A DNA stretch of 64,000 bases, from assembly GCA_031409275.1 (NCBI GenBank), contig JANNXA010000014.1, positions 224,001-288,000 of the forward strand, read 5' to 3'. The translations under genes and the position numbers were made by a program. Each line of letters starts with the position of its first letter. Position 1 is the first letter of the stretch. This document shows, one piece after another, positions 29,697 through 38,604 of this stretch. This DNA is from Planctomycetota bacterium. GTDB taxonomy: Bacteria > Planctomycetota > B15-G4 > SIAN01. The notes under the pieces are model-generated. The model did no database searches and had not been told where the DNA came from. It worked only from the letters and a program-made list of their open reading frames with translations.

Positions 29697-31109
29697 ATGG
29701 TCTTCTCGACCCAGATCTTCCTTTTCTACTTCTTGCCGCTGACGCTGCTGGGCAACTACCTGTTGCCCGTGCGTTGGCGAAATCTGTTCCTGACGCTGGT
29801 CAGCTACGTCTTCTACGGCTGGTGGAACCCCTGGTTCGTCAGCCTGATGGCGCTCTCGAGCCTGATCGACTGGTGGGCGGGCGCGATCATCTGCGCGCCC
29901 GGCGCCTCGCCACGAAAACGCAAGGCGGGTCTCTGGTTCTCGCTGGTCTCGAACCTCGCGCTGCTTGGCTACTTCAAGTACGCGATGTTCGCGCAGGAGA
30001 ATTGGAACCGGCTGGTCGAGATCTGCGGCGGCACGCCTAGTCCCGTCGTGCTGATCACCCTGCCGGTCGGCATCAGCTTCTACACGTTCCAGACCATGTC
30101 CTACTCGATCGACCTCTACCGCGGCCAGGCGACGCGCGCGAAGAGCTTCATCGACTACATGTGCTTCGTCTCGCTCTTCCCGCAACTCGTCGCCGGGCCG
30201 ATCGTCCGCTACCAGGACGTGGCCGACCAGCTCCGCTCGCGACCGCAGAAGGGCGAGCTCTTCGCGCAAGGCGCGTTCGTCTTCATGTGCGGCTTCGCCA
30301 AGAAGGTGCTGCTGGCCAATACGGTGAGCCAGGCGGCCGACCTCTGTTTCGACGACGCAACCGCGCTCGGGCAGGGCACCGCGTGGTTCGGGCTGGTCTG
30401 CTTCTACTTCCAGCTCTACTTCGACTTCTCCGGCTACAGCGACATGGCGATCGGGCTCGGCAAGATGCTGGGCTTCACCTTCGTCGAGAACTTCGCCTCG
30501 CCCTACAAGGCGGGCAGCTTCACCGAGTTCTGGCAGCGCTGGCATCTCTCGCTGACCACGTTCCTGCGCGACTACGTCTTCATCCCGCTCGGCGGCAGTC
30601 GCGGCACGAAGTGGCAGACCGCGCGCAACACGATGATCACCTTCCTGCTCGGCGGCCTGTGGCACGGCGCGGCGTGGCGATACATCATCTGGGGCGGCGC
30701 GCACGGGCTGATGCTGGTGCTCGAACGGCTGTCGGGCAAGGGTTGCCTCTGGTGGTTCCTGCCCAAGGTCGCGCGCACCGCCGTGATGGTCGCGATCTTC
30801 CAGTTCAACTGGATCGTCTTCCGCTGCGCCACGCTGCACGACGGCGCGCTCTACCTGCACGCGATGTTCCACGGCAACGGCAGCAGCAGCGGCCAGGCGA
30901 TTCTGGCCGGCCAGATCCTCACGCCGTTCTACGTCGTCGCGCTGCTGGCCTGCGCCGTGGTCGTCTTCCTCGGCACCGAAACGCGCCACCTGGTCGAGAA
31001 GGCGCAGAAGAGCTGGTTCGTGGCGCTCGGCATCGTCGCGGTCTTCGCGTGGAGCGTGCTCGCGCTCTTCTCGCAGGCCGAGAACCCTTTCCTCTACTTC
31101 CGGTTCTGA
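29697..31109 (+). CDS. algI: MBOAT O-acyltransferase (AlgI/DltB/PatA type)
   Basis: MVFSTQIFLFYFLP; LPVGISFYTFQTMSY; FPQLVAGPIVRY; YFDFSGYSDMAIGLG; EFWQRWHLSL; GLWHGA; C-terminal NPFLYFRF; ATG 29697. Confidence 0.93.
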   Translation: MVFSTQIFLFYFLPLTLLGNYLLPVRWRNLFLTLVSYVFYGWWNPWFVSLMALSSLIDWWAGAIICAPGASPRKRKAGLWFSLVSNLALLGYFKYAMFAQENWNRLVEICGGTPSPVVLITLPVGISFYTFQTMSYSIDLYRGQATRAKSFIDYMCFVSLFPQLVAGPIVRYQDVADQLRSRPQKGELFAQGAFVFMCGFAKKVLLANTVSQAADLCFDDATALGQGTAWFGLVCFYFQLYFDFSGYSDMAIGLGKMLGFTFVENFASPYKAGSFTEFWQRWHLSLTTFLRDYVFIPLGGSRGTKWQTARNTMITFLLGGLWHGAAWRYIIWGGAHGLMLVLERLSGKGCLWWFLPKVARTAVMVAIFQFNWIVFRCATLHDGALYLHAMFHGNGSSSGQAILAGQILTPFYVVALLACAVVVFLGTETRHLVEKAQKSWFVALGIVAVFAWSVLALFSQAENPFLYFRF

Positions 31110-31121
31110 GCGGGGACCACG

Positions 31122-32756
31122 ATGACCGGAACGCCTTCGACCGCCGCCACAAACCCCGCGAACGAACCGCTCGCGCGCGCCGGTGCACCGCTGCGCGCGA
31201 CCGGCTGGCTCTTCGTCGCCCTGCTGTTCGTCTCGCCCTTGGCGCAGCTCGCCTACGAGAAGCGCCGCGACCAGCCGCTGCAGGCGCTCGACTATTTCCG
31301 CCCCTTCGCGCACGGACCCGGCGGTCGCGGCCTGGCGACGTGGAGCCGCGAACTCGGCAACGACCTGATCGACGCCACGCGACTGCGCCGATTCGACAGC
31401 GAACTGCATGACGCCTCCTTCATCACCAAGGAGCTGCTGCCCGGCTACCAATGGCTGCTGACGCGCACCTTCGGCCACGGCAACGAGAAGGTGGTTCCAG
31501 GCCGCGACGGCTGGCTCTTCTTCGCCGACGACCTGAAGAGCGCCTACGGCAAGGGCTACCTCGAAGCGGACGTCGGCGGAGCGGAAGCCCTCGCCGCCAT
31601 CACCGACTTCAAGGGGCAGCTCGACGCGCGCGGCATCGCGCTGCTGCTGATCCCGTCGTACAGCAAGGAGCTGCTCGACGCCGACCGCCTCTCTCGCTTC
31701 AGCGCCGGAGCGCCGTCGGCACCCAATCCCGACCTCGAACGCTTCTACGCCGAGCTCACCGCACGCGGACTCGACTTCGTGCGCATGGACGAGCTGCTGG
31801 CGCAGTGCCGCGCCGCGCAGCCCGACCCGTCCGCGCCGCTGGCCCTGCCGCGCGACACCCACTGGTCGCCGTCGACGATGGCGTTCTGCGCCGGCTCGAT
31901 CGGCGCGCGCGTGCGCGAACTGCTGATGGAGCCGCCACCGGTGGCGCACCGCTACGAGAAGCGCTCGGTGGCGACCTTAGGGCAGGGCGACCTCGTGCGC
32001 ATGCTCGGCCTGCCCGAAGAGCAGGAGCTCTACCCGCCGATGAAGCTGACGCTCGAGACGATCGTCGATCCTGCCACCGATCACCCGGTCGCGCCCGACC
32101 CGACCGGCGACGTGCTGCTGATGGGCGACAGCCTCACCAAGATCTTCTCCGACCCGACGCTCGGACTCGGCGACGGCAGCGGTCTCGCCGAGCACCTCGC
32201 CTGGCACCTCGATCGCGCGCTCGACGTGATCGCGATCGCGGGCGGTTCGGCGACCGGCACGCGCGAAGCGTTGGCGCGCCGCGAAGGCGATGGGCTCGCC
32301 GGCAAGAAGCTGGTGCTGTGGCAGTTCGGCGTGCGCATGCTCGCGTCCGGCGGCAAGGAGTGGCGCAAGGTGGCGTTGCCGCCGCCAGCGGCGCGCGCGG
32401 CGCCGGCGGGCGTCCCCACCGATCGCGTCACGCTGGTGGGAGAACTCGTCGAGGTCTCGAAGATCCCGACCGACTTCGACTACGACTTCTGCCTCGCGGT
32501 GCATGAGTACAAGGTCGTGCGCGTGATCGACGGCGCCCTTTCACCGCGGCTCAAGAGCGACCGCTTCTGGGTCGCCTTCCCGGCCATCGTCGACGGCAAG
32601 GATCAGCCGCCGCGCCGCTACACGGTCGGCATGCGCCATCGCCTCGTCGTCGAGGACTACCGATTGCGCTACGACGAGAACACCTCGTGCTGGGACGAGA
32701 CCGACGCGGGCAAGGTGATCTACGTGCCCGTCGAGTGGGAAGAGGCCAAGGAGTAG
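31122..32756 (+). CDS. AlgJ/AlgX-like SGNH O-acetyltransferase with extra C-terminal beta domain
   Basis: N-terminal TM; KVVPGRDGWLFF; PRDTHWSP; GDLVRML; LLMGDSL; directly follows algI. Confidence 0.85.
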   Translation: MTGTPSTAATNPANEPLARAGAPLRATGWLFVALLFVSPLAQLAYEKRRDQPLQALDYFRPFAHGPGGRGLATWSRELGNDLIDATRLRRFDSELHDASFITKELLPGYQWLLTRTFGHGNEKVVPGRDGWLFFADDLKSAYGKGYLEADVGGAEALAAITDFKGQLDARGIALLLIPSYSKELLDADRLSRFSAGAPSAPNPDLERFYAELTARGLDFVRMDELLAQCRAAQPDPSAPLALPRDTHWSPSTMAFCAGSIGARVRELLMEPPPVAHRYEKRSVATLGQGDLVRMLGLPEEQELYPPMKLTLETIVDPATDHPVAPDPTGDVLLMGDSLTKIFSDPTLGLGDGSGLAEHLAWHLDRALDVIAIAGGSATGTREALARREGDGLAGKKLVLWQFGVRMLASGGKEWRKVALPPPAARAAPAGVPTDRVTLVGELVEVSKIPTDFDYDFCLAVHEYKVVRVIDGALSPRLKSDRFWVAFPAIVDGKDQPPRRYTVGMRHRLVVEDYRLRYDENTSCWDETDAGKVIYVPVEWEEAKE

Positions 32757-32802
32757 CGCCGCGGCCGCGACGTCGTCGCGCGGCGACGTCAGGCTCGCAG
32801 GA

Positions 32803-33981
32803 TCACTCCTCCTCTTCCGCGAAGAGTTCGATCGGCTCGTAACGTAACCGAGCGATCGCAAGCTGCTCCGGCAGCAGCCAGATCGCGAGGCGCTTGCCCG
32901 TCCAGTCGGCTGGCTCACGCCGAGCCAGCTTCTGGCGCACTTGCTGCTGCCCGCCGCTCGCGGCGAAGACGCAGTCGATCTTCCAGCCGGTGAAGCGCGT
33001 GAGCTGGCTGCAGAAGTCGGCGCCCTGCTCGTTGTGGACCCGCGCATAGCTGTCGCCGAACACGAGGATCGGACTCCTCGGGTCGAGGCTTGGGAACGGC
33101 TGGTTGCCTTGCACGACCACGCGACCGCGCATCAGCTCGTCACGCGACCCCTTGCTGGCCAGCTCATCGCCGGCGTTGTAGGTGATCGACCGCTCCTCGA
33201 CGCGGAAATGGGAGTTCTCCTTGTACGGCCCGCGCTTGAACCATGGGTACTCCGCGATTCGTTGCGCCACATGCTCGGCGCACAGTTCGGCACCTCGCAC
33301 GGTCCAATGCGGGTCGCTCTTCAGGAACAGCAGATCCTCGCGTGAGGGGTCCTCCGGAACGCGCGCCGCGACGAACGGCTCGCTGAGGTTCTGCGTCTCG
33401 ACCCCTTCGCGTGACGATTCCAGGAACTGCTTGACGACGCAAAGGCCCATCCCGGCGAAACCCACGCCTTTCAGCTCGGGCAGCACGATCTCTGGATAGA
33501 CGGAAAGCTTCGACGGAACCGCCACGACCAGGAAGTCGATGCCGCGCGCCGCGAACTGCCGCTCGAGGTCGACCAGGGTGACGAGCAGCGTGTAGGTGCC
33601 GTCGTCCTTGGGCGAGCGCCGCTCCAATGCCGGCGCCCGCGGCACCAACGAGATCGCCCGCAAGAGCGCGGTGGTGATCGTCCACTCGCCGATCTCGACG
33701 TGGCCTGGCTCGTCGGGGTGAAGGGCGTCCCACGCCTCGTAGCGCCGCGTGCAGTCGGCGATCCACTCGTCCTGATGACCGAACTGTTCCATTCGCGCCA
33801 GCAGCGACTCGAGATCTTGACGCTGCTGCGCGAGGCGCGCGGCACGCGTCGGGTCGGAGCGCTCGACAGGCGGATGAACTCCAGTGACAGGGCCAGCCCC
33901 ATCGGCCGCAGGCGCGGGAACGGGCGCCTCCTGACCCAGCGGGAACAGCAGCACTCCGAGCAGCAGCGCGGTCGATCGCAC
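32803..33981 (-). CDS. AlgJ/AlgX-like SGNH O-acyltransferase-family exported protein
   Basis: GTG start, signal-like N-terminus; VAVPSKLSVYPE; LFLKSDPHWTVRGAEL; VFGDSY. Confidence 0.78.
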   Translation of the reverse strand: MRSTALLLGVLLFPLGQEAPVPAPAADGAGPVTGVHPPVERSDPTRAARLAQQRQDLESLLARMEQFGHQDEWIADCTRRYEAWDALHPDEPGHVEIGEWTITTALLRAISLVPRAPALERRSPKDDGTYTLLVTLVDLERQFAARGIDFLVVAVPSKLSVYPEIVLPELKGVGFAGMGLCVVKQFLESSREGVETQNLSEPFVAARVPEDPSREDLLFLKSDPHWTVRGAELCAEHVAQRIAEYPWFKRGPYKENSHFRVEERSITYNAGDELASKGSRDELMRGRVVVQGNQPFPSLDPRSPILVFGDSYARVHNEQGADFCSQLTRFTGWKIDCVFAASGGQQQVRQKLARREPADWTGKRLAIWLLPEQLAIARLRYEPIELFAEEEE

Positions 33982-34090
33982 GGGAAGGTCGACTCCAACG
34001 GTGAGGCCGGTGCGGCGGAGAGCGGACGATACGCGCGGCGCCGCGCATGAGAAGATCGGCCGATCCCCGACTCGTCATGGAGCGCCGTGC

Positions 34091-36007
34091 ATGTCGTCCG
34101 CTTCTCCCCCGCCCGCACCTGCCCAGGCTCCGCGCGAGATGACAGCGAAGTCGATCGCGTGCGGGCTCGTGTTCGGCGCATTGTTCGGCGCCGCCAACGC
34201 CTACCTCGGGCTCAAGGCGGGGCTCACCGTCTCGACCTCGATCCCGATCGCCGTGCTGTCGGCGGCGGCGTTCCGGCTGATGGGCGGTGGCACGATCCTC
34301 GAAGCGAACCTCTCGCAGACGATCGGCAGCGCCTCGAGTTCGCTCGCGACCGGAACGATCTTCACCATCCCGGCGCTCTTCATGTGGGGCGATCGGCCGA
34401 CCTACGCGCAGGTCGCGCTGCTGGCGCTGTGCGGCGGATTGCTCGGCATCTTCGCGATGGTGCCGCTGCGCCGACTGCTGATCGTGCAGGGCGACGCCGA
34501 GCTGCCGTTCCCGGAAGGGCGCGCGTGCGCCGAAGTGCTGCGAAATGCCAATAGCGGCGCGCGCAACGGCCGCTGGATCTTCATCGGCCTTGGCGTCGGT
34601 GCGCTGCTCAAGCTGGCGATCAGCGGCTGGCCGCTGCTCTCGATGCCGACCGCGGACGGCGGTGCGCTGCGCTACGTCCCGGAAGAGCTGAAGCTGGAAC
34701 TGCCCTTCCTGCCCAACGGGGCGCTCACCCTCAGCGTCGACGCGGTGCTGCTGGCGGTCGGCTTCATCGTCGGCTACCGCGCATCCGCAGTGATGGTCGC
34801 GGGTGGGCTGCTCTCCGCGCTGGTCCTCTATCCGCTGGTCACCAAGATGCACTCGGTCGGCGCCGCGGCCGACGGCGGCAGCGCGACCGCACTCTCGTTC
34901 GGCGCAGCGAAGAGCTTCGTGCGCTACATCGGCATCGGCGCTGTCGCCGCCGCCGGCCTCATCACGGTGCTGAAGACTGCGCCCACCATGGGCCGCTCCT
35001 TCGCCGCGGTGGCGCGCGGCTTGAAACGCGGTGGCGCCGCGGCGGGCGACGTGGCGACCGATCGCGACATCCCCGCGTGGACGCTGCTCGCCGGTCTCGC
35101 CGCGCTGGGCGCAGTGCTGGCGTTCGTGCCCGGAGTGCTGGCCGGCGACCTTTCGCTGCACCTGCGCCTGCTGTGCGCCGGCGCGGTGATCCTCTTTGGC
35201 TTCCTCTTCGTGCCGGTCAGCTCGCGACTCGTCGGCGTCATCGGCGTCTCCTCGAATCCGACCTCGGCGATGGCGCTGATCACCCTGGCGGGCACGGCGC
35301 TCTTCTTCGTGCTGCTGGGTCGCGCGCACGAGCCGGGCACCAAGGCGGCGGTGCTGACCGTCGGCACGGTCGTCTGCGTCGCCGCGTCGAAGGCGGGCGA
35401 CATCTCGCAGGATCTGAAGACCGGCTGGCTGGTCGGCGCAACTCCCGCGCGACAGCAAGTCGGCCAGATCGCGGCCGCGCTGCTGTCGAGCTGGGTCGTT
35501 GCCGGCGTCGTGATGATGATCGGCAGCCAGGCCGACGGCGGCTTCACCGGCCCCAACGCGATGCCCGCTCCGCAGGCCAACTTGATGAAGACGATCATCG
35601 AAGCGGTGGTCGGCGGGTCGCTGCCGTGGGATCTGGTGGCGATGGGCGGCGGCATCACGCTCGTGAGCGCGCTGGTCGGACTGGCGCCGCTGCAAGTGGC
35701 GCTCGGCATCTACCTGCCGCTCTCGACGATGACGACGATCTTCGTCGGCGGCTGCGTGCGCCGCTTCGTCGAGGCGCGCGCGAAGGGCGACGCGCAGGCG
35801 GTCGAGGGTGGCGTGCTGTGCGCCTCGGGGTTCGTGGCCGGCGTCGGTCTCGCGGGCGTGACGCTGGTCGGCTACGCCTTCGCGGCCGGGTCGAAGCGGA
35901 TCGGGGAGCTGCCCCACCCGCACGCCGCCGAGAACGTCGCCGCGCTGGCCCTGCTCGGCATCGCGAGCTTCCTGCTGGTGCGCGCGGGTCGGCGCGAAGC
36001 CGCCTGA
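34091..36007 (+). CDS. OPT family oligopeptide transporter
   Basis: ANAYLGLKAGLTVSTSIP, LPFPEGRACAEVL, DISQDLKTGWLVGATP, PAPQANLM; ATG 34091. Confidence 0.93.
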   Translation: MSSASPPPAPAQAPREMTAKSIACGLVFGALFGAANAYLGLKAGLTVSTSIPIAVLSAAAFRLMGGGTILEANLSQTIGSASSSLATGTIFTIPALFMWGDRPTYAQVALLALCGGLLGIFAMVPLRRLLIVQGDAELPFPEGRACAEVLRNANSGARNGRWIFIGLGVGALLKLAISGWPLLSMPTADGGALRYVPEELKLELPFLPNGALTLSVDAVLLAVGFIVGYRASAVMVAGGLLSALVLYPLVTKMHSVGAAADGGSATALSFGAAKSFVRYIGIGAVAAAGLITVLKTAPTMGRSFAAVARGLKRGGAAAGDVATDRDIPAWTLLAGLAALGAVLAFVPGVLAGDLSLHLRLLCAGAVILFGFLFVPVSSRLVGVIGVSSNPTSAMALITLAGTALFFVLLGRAHEPGTKAAVLTVGTVVCVAASKAGDISQDLKTGWLVGATPARQQVGQIAAALLSSWVVAGVVMMIGSQADGGFTGPNAMPAPQANLMKTIIEAVVGGSLPWDLVAMGGGITLVSALVGLAPLQVALGIYLPLSTMTTIFVGGCVRRFVEARAKGDAQAVEGGVLCASGFVAGVGLAGVTLVGYAFAAGSKRIGELPHPHAAENVAALALLGIASFLLVRAGRREAA

Positions 36008-36019
36008 GTTCGCGCGGTC

Positions 36020-36180
36020 GTGTCCTGATCCAGAAGTTCGCGAAAGTAGTCGGAGGCGAGCTTTGTGCAGCGCGAGGAGGGCGGACGACTTCAACTTCGA
36101 GGGAAGTTGATGAGGAGGCCCGACGAAGCGATGCGCGAAGGGCGCCCCGAATTCTGAAGCGAACTTCTGGATCAGGACAC
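36020..36180. mobile_element. 161-bp non-autonomous palindromic element (MITE/ERIC-like) with perfect 22-bp terminal inverted repeats
   Basis: GTGTCCTGATCCAGAAGTTCGC (36020-36041) and its exact reverse complement (36159-36180); central hairpin TCAACTTC-GAGG-GAAGTTGA (36091-36110); no coding capacity; lies between convergent genes. Confidence 0.75.
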
Positions 36181-37760
36181 TAACCGGCCGCTTCCGACGA
36201 GTGCGTTTCGTAGAGCCGCACCAGCAGGAAGAAGAGGCCCGCAGCGATCGCGACATCGAGCGCGACCCCCGCCGCGACGGCCCAGAACGGGTCGTCGACT
36301 CGCGGGAGCAGATACCACCAGAGCACCGCTCCAGGCGCTGCCGCGGCGAGCCACACGAGCGGTCGCAGCATCTGCGCCGGCGCGGCGCCCTGCGTCCCGC
36401 GCGCCGAGGAGCCCTTCGGAGCGAAGAGGAACGGCGCGAGGTTGTCGATCACCACCGCCAGGAACATCAGCAGCGGGATCGCGAGCGCCGGTCCGGTGAT
36501 CGGCAGCTCGCCCGCCGGATCGAGCTGCAGCAGGACGAGCAGCAACGCCTCCTGCAGCAGCACGCCGACCAGCCACGGCACCAGCAACTCCGCCAGGACC
36601 AGGGCGCTTGGGGCGAGCGGCAGCGCGCGCAGCTCCTCCATGCGATCGAATTCGCGGCGCAGGTCGAAGGAGATCGCGCTCGACCAGAAGATCGTCGCCG
36701 TGACCAGGGAGCCCATCGCGACCTTGATGCCGATGCCATTGCGCGCCGCCATCGCCGCGGGGAGCACCAGCGTCAACCCGATCAGCAGACCGGGCAACAC
36801 CGTGCGCCACGATCGCCCCATGACGATCAGGTTCTTCCAGACCAGCGCGCCCGCGCCTCGGAAGATCCATCGCGACGGCGGCAGCGCCATGGAACGGCCG
36901 CGCCGCCCCTCCGTTCCCTCCAACACAATCCCGTGCCGGCGCCGCGTCGACTGCGCGGCGCGCGCCGTGGTGGCGACCGACTCCTCGAGGAAGTCGATCT
37001 CGGGCAGCAGCAGCAGCGCCAGCGTGCCGACCGCACCCAGGACGAGGCGCAGCAGCGCGAACGCGCCGGCGCCGGTCGTTTCGGCGTAGACGAAGTCGAC
37101 GCACGCCGCCGACGGAAAGAAGACGACGCGCGCCAGTGGCGATGCCGCGACCGGACCGACCAAGCGCGCGAGGCCGCCCTGCTCCGAGATCGCGAAGACG
37201 AGGTAGGCGAGCGCGCCGAACAGGACCAGCGTCGCGACGGTGCGTGCCGCCGCGCGCAGGCGACGCGCGACCGCATCGGAGAAGCGCGTGATGAGGACCG
37301 CCACCAGCAGCTGCAGATGCAACGCCGTGACCTGCAGGAACGCCATCCCGATCAGGAAGCGGCCGGGCGAAGCGAGGCGTAGCCCGAACGCGAGCGTGAT
37401 GAAGAGCACCGACACCAGCGTCAGCGGCCACAACTGAAGCAGTCGCCAGATCAGGAGCTGGCGCGGCGAGAAGGGGGCCGGGAAGAGGAAGTCGACGTCG
37501 GCCGGCGCGAAGCGCGGGCCTTGCTGCACGAAGCCGCCCGCCACGGACATCGTGAAGATCATCGCCCCGAGGACGGCGAACGATTCGCGAGTCACCGGCG
37601 CCGTCGCGTGTCGACCGGGCCACGTGGCCCAGACGACGAAGCCGAGCGCCACGAGCGCGAGCAGCACGCCGAAGAACCGGCTCGGCTGTCGCAACGAGCG
37701 CGCGAACTGGCGCAGCACGCCGCGCTGCCGCAGCACGTAGAGCTGCCAGAGCACGGCCAT
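36180..37760 (-). CDS. Putative ABC exporter permease
   Basis: ATG 37760 overlapping the ATPase stop (TGATG); multiple TMs; FAPADVDFLFPAPFSPRQLL; ALVWKNL. Confidence 0.8.
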   Translation of the reverse strand: MAVLWQLYVLRQRGVLRQFARSLRQPSRFFGVLLALVALGFVVWATWPGRHATAPVTRESFAVLGAMIFTMSVAGGFVQQGPRFAPADVDFLFPAPFSPRQLLIWRLLQLWPLTLVSVLFITLAFGLRLASPGRFLIGMAFLQVTALHLQLLVAVLITRFSDAVARRLRAAARTVATLVLFGALAYLVFAISEQGGLARLVGPVAASPLARVVFFPSAACVDFVYAETTGAGAFALLRLVLGAVGTLALLLLPEIDFLEESVATTARAAQSTRRRHGIVLEGTEGRRGRSMALPPSRWIFRGAGALVWKNLIVMGRSWRTVLPGLLIGLTLVLPAAMAARNGIGIKVAMGSLVTATIFWSSAISFDLRREFDRMEELRALPLAPSALVLAELLVPWLVGVLLQEALLLVLLQLDPAGELPITGPALAIPLLMFLAVVIDNLAPFLFAPKGSSARGTQGAAPAQMLRPLVWLAAAAPGAVLWWYLLPRVDDPFWAVAAGVALDVAIAAGLFFLLVRLYETHSSEAAG

Positions 37761-38530
37761 CAGGAGCTTCCAGGCGCCGCGGCTGCGGCGGCGCTGCCGT
37801 CGTGCTCGTCGTCGACGAGGCGGAAGAAGATCTGCTCGAGCGTCGCGGCGGTGGGAAGCGCCGCGAACGCCCGGATCTCGTCGAGCGTCCCCTCCACCAC
37901 CTTCGCCCCGCGCTTCACCAGCAGCACCCGCGTGCAGACGCGCTCCACGAGTTCGAGCTGGTGCGACGAGACGACGATCGCGGTCCCCTCGCTGGCGGCG
38001 TTCGCGATCACGTCGCGCATCACCCGCGTGCCGTGCGGATCGAGGCCGGTCAACGGCTCGTCGAGCAGCAGCGCCGCCGGCCGATGGAGCAGCGCGCAGC
38101 AGATCGCCAGCTTCTGCCGCATGCCGCGCGACAGCGAGCCGCATAGTTCGTCGCGCTTGCCGTCGAGCTCGAACTGCTCCAGCAACTGCTCCGGGTCGCG
38201 AGCATCGTCGGCGGAGTACGCCAGGCGCGCGAACTCGAGGTGCTCGCGAACCGTGAGCATCTCGTAGGGATTCGGCGTGTCGGGCACGAGCGCGAGGACT
38301 CGTTTGGCGCGGACCGGCTCCTTGACGACGTCGAAGCCGCCGACGCGAATCGAGCCGCTGGTCGGCCGCAGGATGCCGGCGATGGCGCGCAGCGTCGTGG
38401 TCTTGCCGGCGCCATTGGGGCCGACCAACCCGAGGATGTCGGACGGGGCGACGGTGAACGACAGTTCCTTCACCGCCTCGGTCCCGCCGCGCGGTCCGTA
38501 GCTCTTCGAGAACGACACGACCTCGATCAC
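37760..38530 (-). CDS. ABC transporter ATP-binding protein
   Basis: GPNGAGKTT, LSRGMRQK, LLLDEPLTGLDP, SSH; GTG 38530. Confidence 0.93.
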   Translation of the reverse strand: MIEVVSFSKSYGPRGGTEAVKELSFTVAPSDILGLVGPNGAGKTTTLRAIAGILRPTSGSIRVGGFDVVKEPVRAKRVLALVPDTPNPYEMLTVREHLEFARLAYSADDARDPEQLLEQFELDGKRDELCGSLSRGMRQKLAICCALLHRPAALLLDEPLTGLDPHGTRVMRDVIANAASEGTAIVVSSHQLELVERVCTRVLLVKRGAKVVEGTLDEIRAFAALPTAATLEQIFFRLVDDEHDGSAAAAAAPGSS

Positions 38531-38604
38531 GCGCGCGCTCCAGAGGATCCTGCGGGTGCGCGCACGGCCGCCCCGATCAACCGCCTCAGTATGCTCGCTG
38601 CGCC

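Noticed and set aside
27203..33981. Calling the region an alginate biosynthesis locus
   Set aside because: No algD, alg8, alg44, algE, algG or algL-like genes in the window; only acylation components.
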